A stretch of DNA of 63,221 nucleotides, counting the filler, from an uncultured bacterium (GTDB lineage Bacteria; JAGOEH01), in the NCBI GenBank assembly GCA_964632485.1. It is 4 parts of 4 records of this genome, joined end to end, with 100 filler letters (N's around TTAATTAATTAA, not from the genome) between each part and the next. Parts side by side here need not be neighbours in the genome. Positions count along the whole stretch, not along the records: positions 34,148 to 50,091 come from CAZWDO010000042.1; positions 50,192 to 63,221 come from CAZWDO010000043.1; 2 more parts are not named here. One strand, given 5' to 3'. A program made the position numbers and the translations under genes. The stretch's first letter is position 1. Every line of letters begins with the position of its first letter. The notes below the pieces were generated by a model. It searched no databases. It was not told the origin of the DNA and saw nothing but the letters and a program-made list of their open reading frames with translations. Shown here piece by piece: positions 48,701 to 58,516 of the stretch.

Positions 48701-50029
48701 TTATAAATAAAAATCGGTGTTCGAGTTCAGTATATTCAGCGTCCGACGAACGAGCTCCGGGTCCAACGCGCCCTGATGCGAGATGGCCTTCGATTCGATG
48801 ATTGCCGCCCATTTCTCTCGAGGGGGGCCATCGGCATCCGCCAGATCCCGGGCTATGGCTTCGGCGACGGCAAGAATCCGGGCTTCAACAGGAATGGCGG
48901 TTCCGGAAAGTCCTTCGGGATATCCGGAGCCATCCCATTTTTCTTCATGGCGCAATATGATTTCGGCAACGGCGGCAAAGGCGGGTTCCTGCTTTAGTAT
49001 ATGATAGCCGAGCAACGGATGCAGACGAAACAGCGGATCATCGAATTCATGTCCATCTATAACTTCATGTAAGTTAAATTGATTGAGCGCCAACCCGATA
49101 TCGCTCACCAACGCTGCCATGGCAAGTGAGTTGATCCGGGGCATTTCCAGATTCATGTCAGCGCCGATAGCTGTCGCCAATCTCGCCGCTAATCGGCGCC
49201 AGGGCGGAGCTGTTTTTTCACCATCCAGGGACATGGAAAAAAAACGCTTCAAGGTTTCCGCCAGATTCCGGTTTTGATCGTCAATCTGGGAATACAGCGT
49301 TTCCTCCACTTCTATGTGACGGGAAGCGTCACGGCAGATCGCCAGAATCGCCTGACGATCCTGATAGTCGATCAGACCGCAATTCATTTCCACCTGAAAC
49401 AACGAGCCATTACCCGTCATAAATGCGTTTTCGAAAAACTGAGGCGACTTTGCCAATACCGCTGCAATCCGTTGCGATTCAAGCTCCGCATAATCCGAAT
49501 ACTCCAGGTTGCGAATATCCTCTCCGACAAGATCATTCAGATAGCCAAGCGCATCCAGCGCCGCCTGATTCAGTTCCAGTATCCTGCCATTCAAATCATA
49601 GATGACAATCGGATCCGTAACATGATTGAAGATCACCCGGAATTTTTTTTCGCTTTCTTTCAGTTTGCTTTCAAGCTGATGACGATAAAGCGCCAATTCG
49701 ATAGTGATTTCCAAGTCTTTCATTTTAAACGGTTTTAACAAATAACTGTAGGGAGCAGTTAACAAAGCCCGCTCAATAGTCTTTTTATCGCCATGAGCAG
49801 TCAGGTATATAATCGGGATATCGCCATCATTGTTGATGACACGCGCGGCCTCGATTCCATCTACACTCCCTTTCAGATGGATATCCATCAGAATAAAGCC
49901 CGGGTTGAGTTCACGAGCTCTCTCAATGGCGGATTCTCCGCTATCGGCAACGGCGATTACCTTGTATCCCGCCTCATTCAGCATATTTTCCAAAACCATG
50001 ACAAGGATTTTCTCATCCTCGACGATCAT
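48701..50029 (-). CDS. Receiver-PAS-HD-GYP protein with degenerate HD site
   Basis: IVEDE/LMDI/YLTAH/LKPF receiver; PAS; SDIG in place of HDIG; EKWDGSGYPEGL; ARILAVAE. Confidence 0.88.
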   Translation of the reverse strand: MIVEDEKILVMVLENMLNEAGYKVIAVADSGESAIERARELNPGFILMDIHLKGSVDGIEAARVINNDGDIPIIYLTAHGDKKTIERALLTAPYSYLLKPFKMKDLEITIELALYRHQLESKLKESEKKFRVIFNHVTDPIVIYDLNGRILELNQAALDALGYLNDLVGEDIRNLEYSDYAELESQRIAAVLAKSPQFFENAFMTGNGSLFQVEMNCGLIDYQDRQAILAICRDASRHIEVEETLYSQIDDQNRNLAETLKRFFSMSLDGEKTAPPWRRLAARLATAIGADMNLEMPRINSLAMAALVSDIGLALNQFNLHEVIDGHEFDDPLFRLHPLLGYHILKQEPAFAAVAEIILRHEEKWDGSGYPEGLSGTAIPVEARILAVAEAIARDLADADGPPREKWAAIIESKAISHQGALDPELVRRTLNILNSNTDFYL

Positions 50030-50091
50030 GGCGGTTACTAGTGCTCAGTCATAAAAAAAACATAACTATTGACAACAGAACAAAAATTGAT

Positions 50092-50191
50092 NNNNNNNNN
50101 NNNNNNNNNNNNNNNNNNNNNNNNNNNNNNNNNNNTTAATTAATTAANNNNNNNNNNNNNNNNNNNNNNNNNNNNNNNNNNNNNNNNNNNN
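50092..50191. other. Artificial contig linker
   Basis: N44-TTAATTAATTAA-N44. Confidence 0.98.
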
Positions 50192-50317
50192 CCAATATTG
50201 CTGACAAACAAGTATCAATCATTAGAAGATGCAAAAGAAATTTTAGGAGACGTTGCGAACATAAGCAGACTTTTCATCGAATTTCAGGAACATCTTTATA
50301 AACAGAAAGTTGCATAA
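50192..50317 (+). CDS. C-terminal end of an EcoEI/EcoAI-like type I restriction subunit HsdR, partial at contig edge
   Basis: PILLTNKYQSLEDAKEILGDVANISRLFIEFQEHLYKQKVA*. Confidence 0.65.
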   Translation, partial: PILLTNKYQSLEDAKEILGDVANISRLFIEFQEHLYKQKVA

Positions 50318-50491
50318 TGACTGAAATAATGAAACATACAGCCCACGCTTCAAAGCCACACACATTTGCAGGCCCCCACGAGCCAACGATCAAACCAAAG
50401 CTTGTCAAAGAGTGTGTCTGTCCCAACGCACACCAGACCGAAACGAAGTCGCAAATTGATAGAAAATGACTGAAAACAAAGAACACCAGCG

Positions 50492-50619
50492 CCCGATAAA
50501 GTGCATATGCCATAAGGGTTCAGTGGGTATTTAAGCGTTGCAGCCCGCTCAAAATTTTGTGTCGATAAACAAGAAATTACTACGCAATCCCTTACGGCGC
50601 ATACACTCGAACGTATAGC
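50492..50619 (+). repeat. Degenerate attC-like long palindrome
   Basis: Arms AGTGCATATGCCATAAGGGTT (50500-50520) and AATCCCTTACGGCGCATACACT (50586-50607), flanked by eroded R-box-like ends. Confidence 0.55.
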
Positions 50620-50736
50620 ATCGATGTGCTCTTTTAGTTGCAATCCAACTCGATAATCAATCTAATTTTACATTTGCCGTCTTTTTTAAGTAGTTAAATC
50701 TACAATCCATCTAACAATCCATTTCATAACGAATTA

Positions 50737-50772
50737 AAAGCCGGGTCAGCATCGACGCTACCCGGCTTTTTT
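50737..50772. terminator. Intrinsic terminator
   Basis: AAAAGCCGGGT..ACCCGGCTTTTTT. Confidence 0.75.
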
Positions 50773-51471
50773 CATTATTGACCAAACAGCTTTACATTGT
50801 TGTTCCCTGATCGATATGGCATATTTTAGTCAGCAACAATGGCGGCCCTGTACCGGATTCTGTTTTTCACTTCATCTTCATTGGGATTATTCGGGCATTT
50901 CAAATTCTCCATACTTTTCCACCTTTTATAAGCAGATTCATATGATCGTGGCGACGCCTGTATGATCATCGAACAAAACATAAATGGCCTTGTGGCGTAG
51001 CGCCGTCTTATCAGGGCCAGCTAAATGCTATTTTTTCTAGAATCACCACTGACTGTGATTAGAATATTACGCATGGGTCCGATTATCATGGTAAAAATCC
51101 ACAAAACTTAAGACAGCGCGATTGTATGTGTGGTGACTTTAAGGGATTTTCGTCAGGGGGAGCATAAGATAATTATCAAAGAGATGGAAACCGCCAGCGA
51201 TGTCGTGACAAATGAGCTGATTATGAAATAAAGCCGAGCTGCATAATCCGACGCTGAGCCGCCATCATGGCGCATTTCACCGGAATATGCAGCCGATAGG
51301 AGGTGGTTCTGAATCCGGTTCGAATGCGCTGCTGATAAAATGTCTAAATATTGCAGATGATTATTAACCGTGAAATTTTGCCGCTTTAAAATAGGGGGAA
51401 TCAGATTGGCCCCAAGGGTGGGAAAGCTGAGTTGACCCTGAAGGCGGCGATTCCCTCTGTCCCTTACACGC

Positions 51472-52077
51472 TCAATCTTTCACGCAGCGAACGGACAACC
51501 CGAATCGGCAGTCGCCGTAGTGAAACAGATAGGCGTAACGATCGTCGCTATACAGGATCAGAAGCCATGAGATGCCGTCACTGTATGATGTCGTTGACCA
51601 AAAGTTCGCCCAACTGCCGATAAGGCGAAATGAGCCATAGTGGTGACGATAACCGCCCAGCAATGCCCCGAATCCAGATGCCCCCCCATTGATCATTTCT
51701 TCGTAGGCAACATACACATCACTCCAATTCGCCAGCAAGGTGTCAAATTCTTCCTTATTCGGCGTATGCCAGCCTTCCGGCGCCAAACCTCGCGGATCGG
51801 TTACGGCATACCTGTTATAAAGCTTCCCATATATGGCCCCGCTATCGGGATCATTGTTGTAATAGCACCAGGCGCCGGTCCTTAAACTCGTCCATTCAGC
51901 CGAATCCGTCACCTGAGGAATGGAATCGCCATTGCGGTAATGATCTACATCCAGATTCTTCTTCATCCAAACCTGATTGCCAATGGTTACGCTTTCAACT
52001 TTATTATCATCTTCATCTTTCGAACAAAACGTTATAATCAATAAAATCGCCAGCAAACCGATCAATAATTTTTGCAT
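51472..52077 (-). CDS. FISUMP (Fib_succ_major) domain lipoprotein
   Basis: Lipoprotein signal ITF-C; VTIGNQVWMKKNLDVDHYRNGD, YGKLYN, LAPEGWH, GLSVRCVKD; AAAGGAG RBS. Confidence 0.93.
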   Translation of the reverse strand: MQKLLIGLLAILLIITFCSKDEDDNKVESVTIGNQVWMKKNLDVDHYRNGDSIPQVTDSAEWTSLRTGAWCYYNNDPDSGAIYGKLYNRYAVTDPRGLAPEGWHTPNKEEFDTLLANWSDVYVAYEEMINGGASGFGALLGGYRHHYGSFRLIGSWANFWSTTSYSDGISWLLILYSDDRYAYLFHYGDCRFGLSVRCVKD

Positions 52078-52411
52078 GTCATTACTCCTTTCATAGGGCT
52101 AATCACTCATAGTTGAACGCGCACATCCTGAAGACACATATTAGCATTTTCGAAAATAAAAGTAACTGCTTAACTACTTCCCTGGTTGGAAAGAGCATGA
52201 TTAGCTTACCCAAAATTAATAATTGGTTAACCCAATAAATTACATGTAACCAAAATAAAATTTGACAACCGTCCCGTATTTAATTATAATACAAAAAATA
52301 AAACTTTTTACATTAAACGACGGAGGAGCGCTTGCAATGTCAAAGGAAATTTAGTAAAAAACAGCGAAAAAGTCAAGCGAAAATTATCCGGATTGAATAT
52401 TCCGAGACAAA

Positions 52412-52450
52412 TTTGACCGACTGGGTGGGGAATTCATCTGGTCCCTGACA
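52412..52450. mobile_element. Orphan IS21-family-like terminal repeat
   Basis: Reverse complement TGTCAGGGACCAGATGAATTCCCCACCCAGTCGGTCAAA, similar to 19561-19610. Confidence 0.55.
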
Positions 52451-52609
52451 TGATACCAATGGGAAATGATATTTTTAACTATAAAAAATATGTGTCCCCT
52501 TTTATTCTCTTGATATGATTCTAATGAAAGATTTTCGGGTAAGAAGTAAAAGAGGAACTCAAAACAATATAAACTGTTGCTGAGATAATTGCAAATCGTG
52601 GTGCTGCCT

Positions 52610-54073
52610 CTATTCGCGCTGATTTTTATAGGGATAGATAAAGTTTTCGCCGGTTTTGATCTGCCTGACTTTTCCGGTGGAATCGATCTGGAAAGTGAGC
52701 AGTTCGCCGTTTCCGTTGTCACCGCTCATTCGGAATACCGTATCATTAATGGGGATTAGATCGACTAAATTGGATAGAGGGTTCTCCTGAGGCGGATAGC
52801 TGATTTCGTTCATCATAAGTTGGTTTTTATGAATAATAATATCGGAGATATATCCCCAAGTATCAGTGTATCGGCCTACGTACCGGTTCCAGAGGGGAGA
52901 AACGGGGATAGACGGGGATGGAACCTGGGTAGCAGAAAGAATCGGGGGGGTCATTTGCCGAATGATCTGATTGGCCAAAAATTCAGGTTCTCCGTCATCA
53001 GAGTTAGTCATGACAATCACGGCAATTTTGTTTTCGGGAATGAATGCCAGGCGAGTTCGATATCCGGCAACCCAACCGCCGTGTCCGACCACAGTTTGTC
53101 CGTCCACTGGCCAGGTTTCAAATCCCAAACACCGCCCTCCGCTCCAATTGGGCTTTATCCATTGGATACGATGCATTTCTTTTAAAGTGCTGCCTTGCAG
53201 TATCTGTCGCTCTCCCCAAGGCTCATTCCTGAACTGTAGGCTGGCATAAATGGCTAAATCTTCTACAGTAGAAGAGATATTGGCTGCCGGTGTAAGTCCT
53301 TTGGAATCGGTAAAAGGCATGATCAGCCGTTTGCCTTCGCCCAAGCGGTGGCTATATCCGACGGCCAGTTGTTTTTTATCTTTTTCCGAAAGATTGACCG
53401 AGGAATGAATCATCCCCAGCGGCTGCAATATATGTTGCTGAATGTACTGTTCATAAGACTGATGGCTGACAACTTCCAGAATCATCCCCGCCAAGGTAAG
53501 TCCCAGATTGGAATACTTGTATTGGGTTCCGGTCGGACAAATCAAACTCTGGTTCTGTACTGTTTTAATTATCTGTTCCTGAGTTGGAAATATATGATCG
53601 GTCCAGTAGGGGAACGCAGCTTCAGAAGGCAGGCCCGAGGTATGGGTCAATAAATGCCATATCGTGATCTGACTGGAATCTGGAAACGGATTGTGGATAT
53701 TGAACCATGGCAGATAGCGGGTGATCGGATCGTTAAGGTTTAATTTTCCTTGATCCCGTAGTTGCATCAGGCCGGTAGCCGTAAAGGTTTTGGTAATCGA
53801 CGCTATCCGGTAAATGGTTTGCGGGCTGGCCTTAATCCGATGTTCCCGATCACTGTATCCGAATCCTTTGGCATAGATCAGAGATTGATCATAAACGATA
53901 CCGACTGATATTCCGGGGATATCACGGTAAGACATCTGGGCTTCCAGCCAGACTTCCATGATTTGTAACTGGGATTGAATCTCGTCCGTATCAACCCATT
54001 CCAGTTTAGAATTGCCTGATATCCTTGAAAACATAACGCTAAGTATTACGAAAATCAAAACCATAATTTTCAT
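52610..54073 (-). CDS. Serine hydrolase, beta-lactamase/D-peptidase family
   Basis: Signal peptide; ASITK (SxxK), LLTHTSGL, YSN, HGG. Confidence 0.93.
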   Translation of the reverse strand: MKIMVLIFVILSVMFSRISGNSKLEWVDTDEIQSQLQIMEVWLEAQMSYRDIPGISVGIVYDQSLIYAKGFGYSDREHRIKASPQTIYRIASITKTFTATGLMQLRDQGKLNLNDPITRYLPWFNIHNPFPDSSQITIWHLLTHTSGLPSEAAFPYWTDHIFPTQEQIIKTVQNQSLICPTGTQYKYSNLGLTLAGMILEVVSHQSYEQYIQQHILQPLGMIHSSVNLSEKDKKQLAVGYSHRLGEGKRLIMPFTDSKGLTPAANISSTVEDLAIYASLQFRNEPWGERQILQGSTLKEMHRIQWIKPNWSGGRCLGFETWPVDGQTVVGHGGWVAGYRTRLAFIPENKIAVIVMTNSDDGEPEFLANQIIRQMTPPILSATQVPSPSIPVSPLWNRYVGRYTDTWGYISDIIIHKNQLMMNEISYPPQENPLSNLVDLIPINDTVFRMSGDNGNGELLTFQIDSTGKVRQIKTGENFIYPYKNQRE

Positions 54074-54248
54074 CGATTACTCCTTGATTGGTCTTTCGGT
54101 TAACGTGTATGGGTTCCGCTTAGAATTATTTCATCTCCACACATTTTATGGCGACATCAAAATCACACGCAGCTTATCGGAAATTTTGTTTACCAGGCGC
54201 AGGCTATGCTTCTTCAAACTTTGCTGCCAAAGCTGTTCGCGTTAAATA

Positions 54249-56024
54249 TCAGCGCTTCATGAGTGTAATTCTTTCGACGGTCATAAAGTTTTTATAGATA
54301 TCTTTGAGCTGAGCATATTTATTTAACATGTCATCTTTCACCCGTTTGAGGTCTGCCATAGGATCGAAGGCCCCATGTGCCCCAGATTTGGTCTTGATTA
54401 TTTGGTAGTAACTCTTGTATCGTTCGATGAGTGAAGTGATGGAGGGTAGGGTGCGTGTCAAGTATTTATGCATGGCTTTAACATAAAATATCGTGGATCT
54501 ATCGAGGGCGATGCGATGGATCAGTACGAGAATTTCGCCGATCATTTCCCTGTGCAGCAACATATTCAGCTTGGTCAGGTAAAAAATGGCCTCAAAAAGG
54601 GCTTTCTGCTCACTGCGGTCATCACCTGCCCTGAATTGCTGGATGAAGCGACGCAGTTCCTCAATGTCCTGCCTATGCGACCGGATGTCCAATTTACCCT
54701 GATGCCCCTCTCCGATAGACCTGGAGAACTGGAAACCGAAGGGAGAGCCGGCCACGGCAGCTATTTTTCGTTTCCCTTTGGCAAAAAATCCCATATCCGC
54801 CGGCCTTTGGGGCACAATGGCTGGCAGAACAGTATCAAAAATGAAAGGGGGTATCCTTTGTAAATCCGTCTTCCACAACCGGTATTTTCCATATTCCTCG
54901 GTCTGTCTCAATGCCTGATCATCAGCGAGCGGAGCCGTTGGATCAGTTACCAGCGCGGCATATTTCATCTTGATTTTGAATGCATTGTAGTCAAGTCCCT
55001 CTCTTGCGTAGCCAAACGGATCATTCTGCATGAATTTGAGACGGCTGTTCAATCCCTCGGCGCCCATACGATCCTTTAAATGATCGATAATTCGGCGCAC
55101 ATTCTTTCTGATAGCGGCGGCGACGTCGATATAAAACTGAGTAAGATTGACGCCGGAAGCTTGAATTTGCGTAAAAAACAACCGTTCGCATATTCTTCGG
55201 ATCGCGACGGGTCCCATCGTCGGGGATAAAATCGAATCAAGACTCGGGGTGGAACTATCGGTAAAGGTGCTTCCGGATCCCGCGGACGGGCCGCCTTTGA
55301 TGAGTGTTCCTACCCATCCAAATCGGTTCAGCAGATCGGTTTTGGTGTTTTCCACCGCCACAAGGATGGCTTCATTATCGATGGGAACGATCTCCCCGGT
55401 TCCGGGATCCACAAAGAAATTTTTGCCGTGAAACTTGGCGCCCAGTTGTAAGGGACATTTTCTGATCCATTCTTCATGGACGTGTTCCCGCTCAAACTCT
55501 TCATGAATGTACGCCACGCGATCGAAGTTTCCCAGAATAAAATCGGCGGCCATCATGCGTCCCAAATCCTTGATAAACCGCGGATTCTGAAAGAAAAGAA
55601 CAATATTATCCCCCAACGTTTTACTGACACTGGCAAATGGCTTGAGATTTCTCCCCTCGCGCAAATCCCCCATGATCATAATCTCATTGCGCTCAGATCC
55701 ATCAATGCCAACTTTGATATCGCCAATTTTGTTAAGCACCCCAGCATTTTCCTGGCCTAATTGATAGATTACATTGAATAATTTTAATCCTTCTTCGGAA
55801 TGCAGATCCACTATTCGGCTTTGATAGCTGGTCAATTTTGTGATTCTGATTAATTCGGTCGCAAATTGAGAACGATACGCTTCCCCCGGCCGCATAAATT
55901 TGATGTACAGTTTCTGCAATCCTTCATTTGATAGGCAGAATACCGGATTGGCTGATTCGAAGGTTTTAATGTAAACAGCTTCATCCCAATCAACAGGAAC
56001 ATCAGTGATAGAAAATCGAGGCAT
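54249..56024 (-). CDS. Hypothetical protein with atypical kinase domain (actin-fragmin kinase/PI3-4K-like)
   Basis: LYIKF, E in GEAY, LGRMMAADFILGNFDR, KNFFVD, IVPIDN; helical C-terminal half; GGAGGAGG RBS. Confidence 0.6.
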   Translation of the reverse strand: MPRFSITDVPVDWDEAVYIKTFESANPVFCLSNEGLQKLYIKFMRPGEAYRSQFATELIRITKLTSYQSRIVDLHSEEGLKLFNVIYQLGQENAGVLNKIGDIKVGIDGSERNEIMIMGDLREGRNLKPFASVSKTLGDNIVLFFQNPRFIKDLGRMMAADFILGNFDRVAYIHEEFEREHVHEEWIRKCPLQLGAKFHGKNFFVDPGTGEIVPIDNEAILVAVENTKTDLLNRFGWVGTLIKGGPSAGSGSTFTDSSTPSLDSILSPTMGPVAIRRICERLFFTQIQASGVNLTQFYIDVAAAIRKNVRRIIDHLKDRMGAEGLNSRLKFMQNDPFGYAREGLDYNAFKIKMKYAALVTDPTAPLADDQALRQTEEYGKYRLWKTDLQRIPPFIFDTVLPAIVPQRPADMGFFAKGKRKIAAVAGSPFGFQFSRSIGEGHQGKLDIRSHRQDIEELRRFIQQFRAGDDRSEQKALFEAIFYLTKLNMLLHREMIGEILVLIHRIALDRSTIFYVKAMHKYLTRTLPSITSLIERYKSYYQIIKTKSGAHGAFDPMADLKRVKDDMLNKYAQLKDIYKNFMTVERITLMKR

Positions 56025-56123
56025 GGAGTACCTCCTCCATTGTTATAGTTCAGTAAACAAATGAAGAATAATATTAACATAATTTAACAGTACCTGCATT
56101 CAAGCGCATTCAAAGTCACTGTT

Positions 56124-56462
56124 CTAAGTTCGCATAGCATTGAGAGCTTCCGCGCGGTCATTATGGATGACATAAACTGATGAAAATCCAACAATATTAA
56201 ACACTTCCTGGATTGAATCCGACAAACCGCATAAAAAGAATTTTTGGTCGTTCCCACTAAATTTTTTCAATCCGATCAGCAGCGCTCGCAATCCGGCGCT
56301 ACTTACATAATCAACTCCCTTGAGATCGATAATCAGCTTACTAATCATCGCAGTATCCAATGAATCGATTTCTTTTTCAAGACCAGAACAACTCAACGTA
56401 TCCAAACGTCCAGTCAGTTCAAGGATGAGTACTCCCTCTTCCTGCAATTTCGCAATTTTCAT
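56124..56462 (-). CDS. STAS-domain anti-sigma factor antagonist
   Basis: LTGRLD, IDLKGVDYVSSAGLRALL, VFNIVGF. Confidence 0.95.
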   Translation of the reverse strand: MKIAKLQEEGVLILELTGRLDTLSCSGLEKEIDSLDTAMISKLIIDLKGVDYVSSAGLRALLIGLKKFSGNDQKFFLCGLSDSIQEVFNIVGFSSVYVIHNDRAEALNAMRT

Positions 56463-56467
56463 AGTGT

Positions 56468-58018
56468 TTAATCCTTTCTAATACCAAGATGAGCGTCCGC
56501 GTAATCTGATTCGGTGTTTCTGCTGATTGGGTCGTGTTTTTTGACATATTCCTTAATCCTTTTACCCATTTCCGATGCAATTTGTATCCGGTCATAATCA
56601 ATCGCATAATTATTGAGATATTGCAAAATAAGGGTATCCTTCCCCTCTGATCCTGGCATGACGCCTGAAAAGAAAAAACCCAGATTCTCAAATTCAGTTG
56701 CAAAAACGGCTGTTGCCGGATCATGTAATTTAAGATATAAATAAATGGTTTCCAACTTGTCCAAACAGAGCGCTTTCAAGTTGGCGCGCACTTCAAGCGT
56801 AATGTCTGATCCGTAAGACTCAATTTTGATCTTTCCAACCATATTATGCGCTTCCGTTAAAACGGTAATAGATGATTTGGCGCTGAGATCTATATTTTGG
56901 CTATCTATGCGCTCTATTTTGGGCTGGGCGCCGATATGGCGGTAAATTTCTTCTATCATTGCCGCATGGTTAAGGGGAGGATAAAAAACAAGATGTTGAG
57001 GAAGATTCAAATACCGTAATAAAAGAACAACACTTTCTCGATGGGGTTTCCCTTCGAAACCTTTGTATATTCTCTCCGGACCGCTGGATAAACAAAGCGC
57101 GCAATCTTTAAACCCAAGTCCCACAAGAGATTTTTGAGAAAAAGGATGCGTTGTGATTCCCCGCGCGTAAATAGCGGCGCATTTTCTTTCCAGCCCTTCC
57201 TTAACAATTGCATCTGATATGCGATTCATGCACCCTTGTCCCCGGTATTTCGGTTTTGTAAAGGCAACCCCCAATTGCGGCACTTTTTTATCCGCATCCT
57301 CAATTTCCAATGCGACATGACCCATAATCTCATTCTGCCCGGTCACTGCTACGTAGGAAATCAATTCATCATTCCGGTTCATTTCCCTCACTCGTTCAGG
57401 GTAATAAATATGTTCCAGAACGTACGTATAGCCATACGAGCTATAGGCGCCTTTAGAAACATCGACCGCTTCTTCCGGCAACATTCGTCGAACAGTGTAC
57501 TGAACTGAATTGCGTGGCAGTGGTTCTTCTTTTCTCTCCTGCTCGGCTACTTTCATCTCCTGGTTATTCATTGTCTCTTCAATCGATCTATCGTTGATAT
57601 ACTTAAATAAATGAGTCTCTTTCCCCCCCTTGCCCAAATTAAGAAACGAGACTTCATCAAAAAACTGCTTCATCAGATAGGTTCCAAGTCCTTTACCCAA
57701 AAAATCATGTGCAAGCTCTTCCGGTTTGTACTCAGGTATTAAGGTTGGATCAAATGGAATACCAGTATCTTTAATTATAATTTTCAATCCTAAAGCCTGA
57801 GGTTCTAGAATTACATCAAAGAAGGCTTCTTCTCCGAGATCAAAGGCGTGTTTCAGCACGTTGGAAACTGCTTCCTCTGTTCCTATTTCAATCTTATTAA
57901 GGTTTTTTTTATTAAATCCCATACCTTCAGCGCATTTGCTTACCGTAGCGAGAATAACGGGTAGATAGCTGATATCGTTGGGTACTGTTAAAGTTACGTT
58001 TCTCTTCAATTCTGTCAT
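56468..58018 (-). CDS. RsbW-like HATPase fused to a GNAT-like domain
   Basis: EEAVSNVLKHAF, DTGIPFDP, GLGTYLMKQFFDEV; then AFTKPKYRGQG acetyl-CoA motif; AAAGGAGA RBS before ATG 58018. Confidence 0.85.
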   Translation of the reverse strand: MTELKRNVTLTVPNDISYLPVILATVSKCAEGMGFNKKNLNKIEIGTEEAVSNVLKHAFDLGEEAFFDVILEPQALGLKIIIKDTGIPFDPTLIPEYKPEELAHDFLGKGLGTYLMKQFFDEVSFLNLGKGGKETHLFKYINDRSIEETMNNQEMKVAEQERKEEPLPRNSVQYTVRRMLPEEAVDVSKGAYSSYGYTYVLEHIYYPERVREMNRNDELISYVAVTGQNEIMGHVALEIEDADKKVPQLGVAFTKPKYRGQGCMNRISDAIVKEGLERKCAAIYARGITTHPFSQKSLVGLGFKDCALCLSSGPERIYKGFEGKPHRESVVLLLRYLNLPQHLVFYPPLNHAAMIEEIYRHIGAQPKIERIDSQNIDLSAKSSITVLTEAHNMVGKIKIESYGSDITLEVRANLKALCLDKLETIYLYLKLHDPATAVFATEFENLGFFFSGVMPGSEGKDTLILQYLNNYAIDYDRIQIASEMGKRIKEYVKKHDPISRNTESDYADAHLGIRKD

Positions 58019-58331
58019 TAAATCTCCTTTTGTCATGAATTTTGCATATATATTAGCTTATCGAATGTTAAACCTTTAATTATAAAAAACCCTATTTCCG
58101 TTCCACCTGAATCAGCCATTCTTTACTGATAGGGTAGAGCTGAATTCTCAGAAAACATAACCAGAGTACTCCCTGAAGTGTTTTCAATTTAAAAAAATAT
58201 AATGGTTTTTTTTAAAATGTCAAGACAATTTATTATATTAATACCGATGCCGCTAAAAATCAGCGAGAGTCTTCATCAGCTATCACCATAGTCGGGTTTG
58301 GACCGCGCAGCTTACTTTCATACCATCCCCC

Positions 58332-58362
58332 CAAGGCGCATTGACGACGCTCAATCGACTCG
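58332..58362. repeat. 31-bp exact copy of the arsR 3' region (37843-37873)
   Basis: CAAGGCGCATTGACGACGCTCAATCGACTCG at both positions, same orientation. Confidence 0.85.
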
Positions 58363-58516
58363 TTCATCGGCTGCGTTTTTTTTAGTTTTTTCTAAAATTC
58401 GATATAATAATGGGTACTATAAATATCAAATTAAAAATAATAGCTTGGAAATTTGGTTCGTTGATATTATCATAAATTTAAGGTAATCTGTGGAAAAAAT
58501 CGTAAACGAATCAGGG

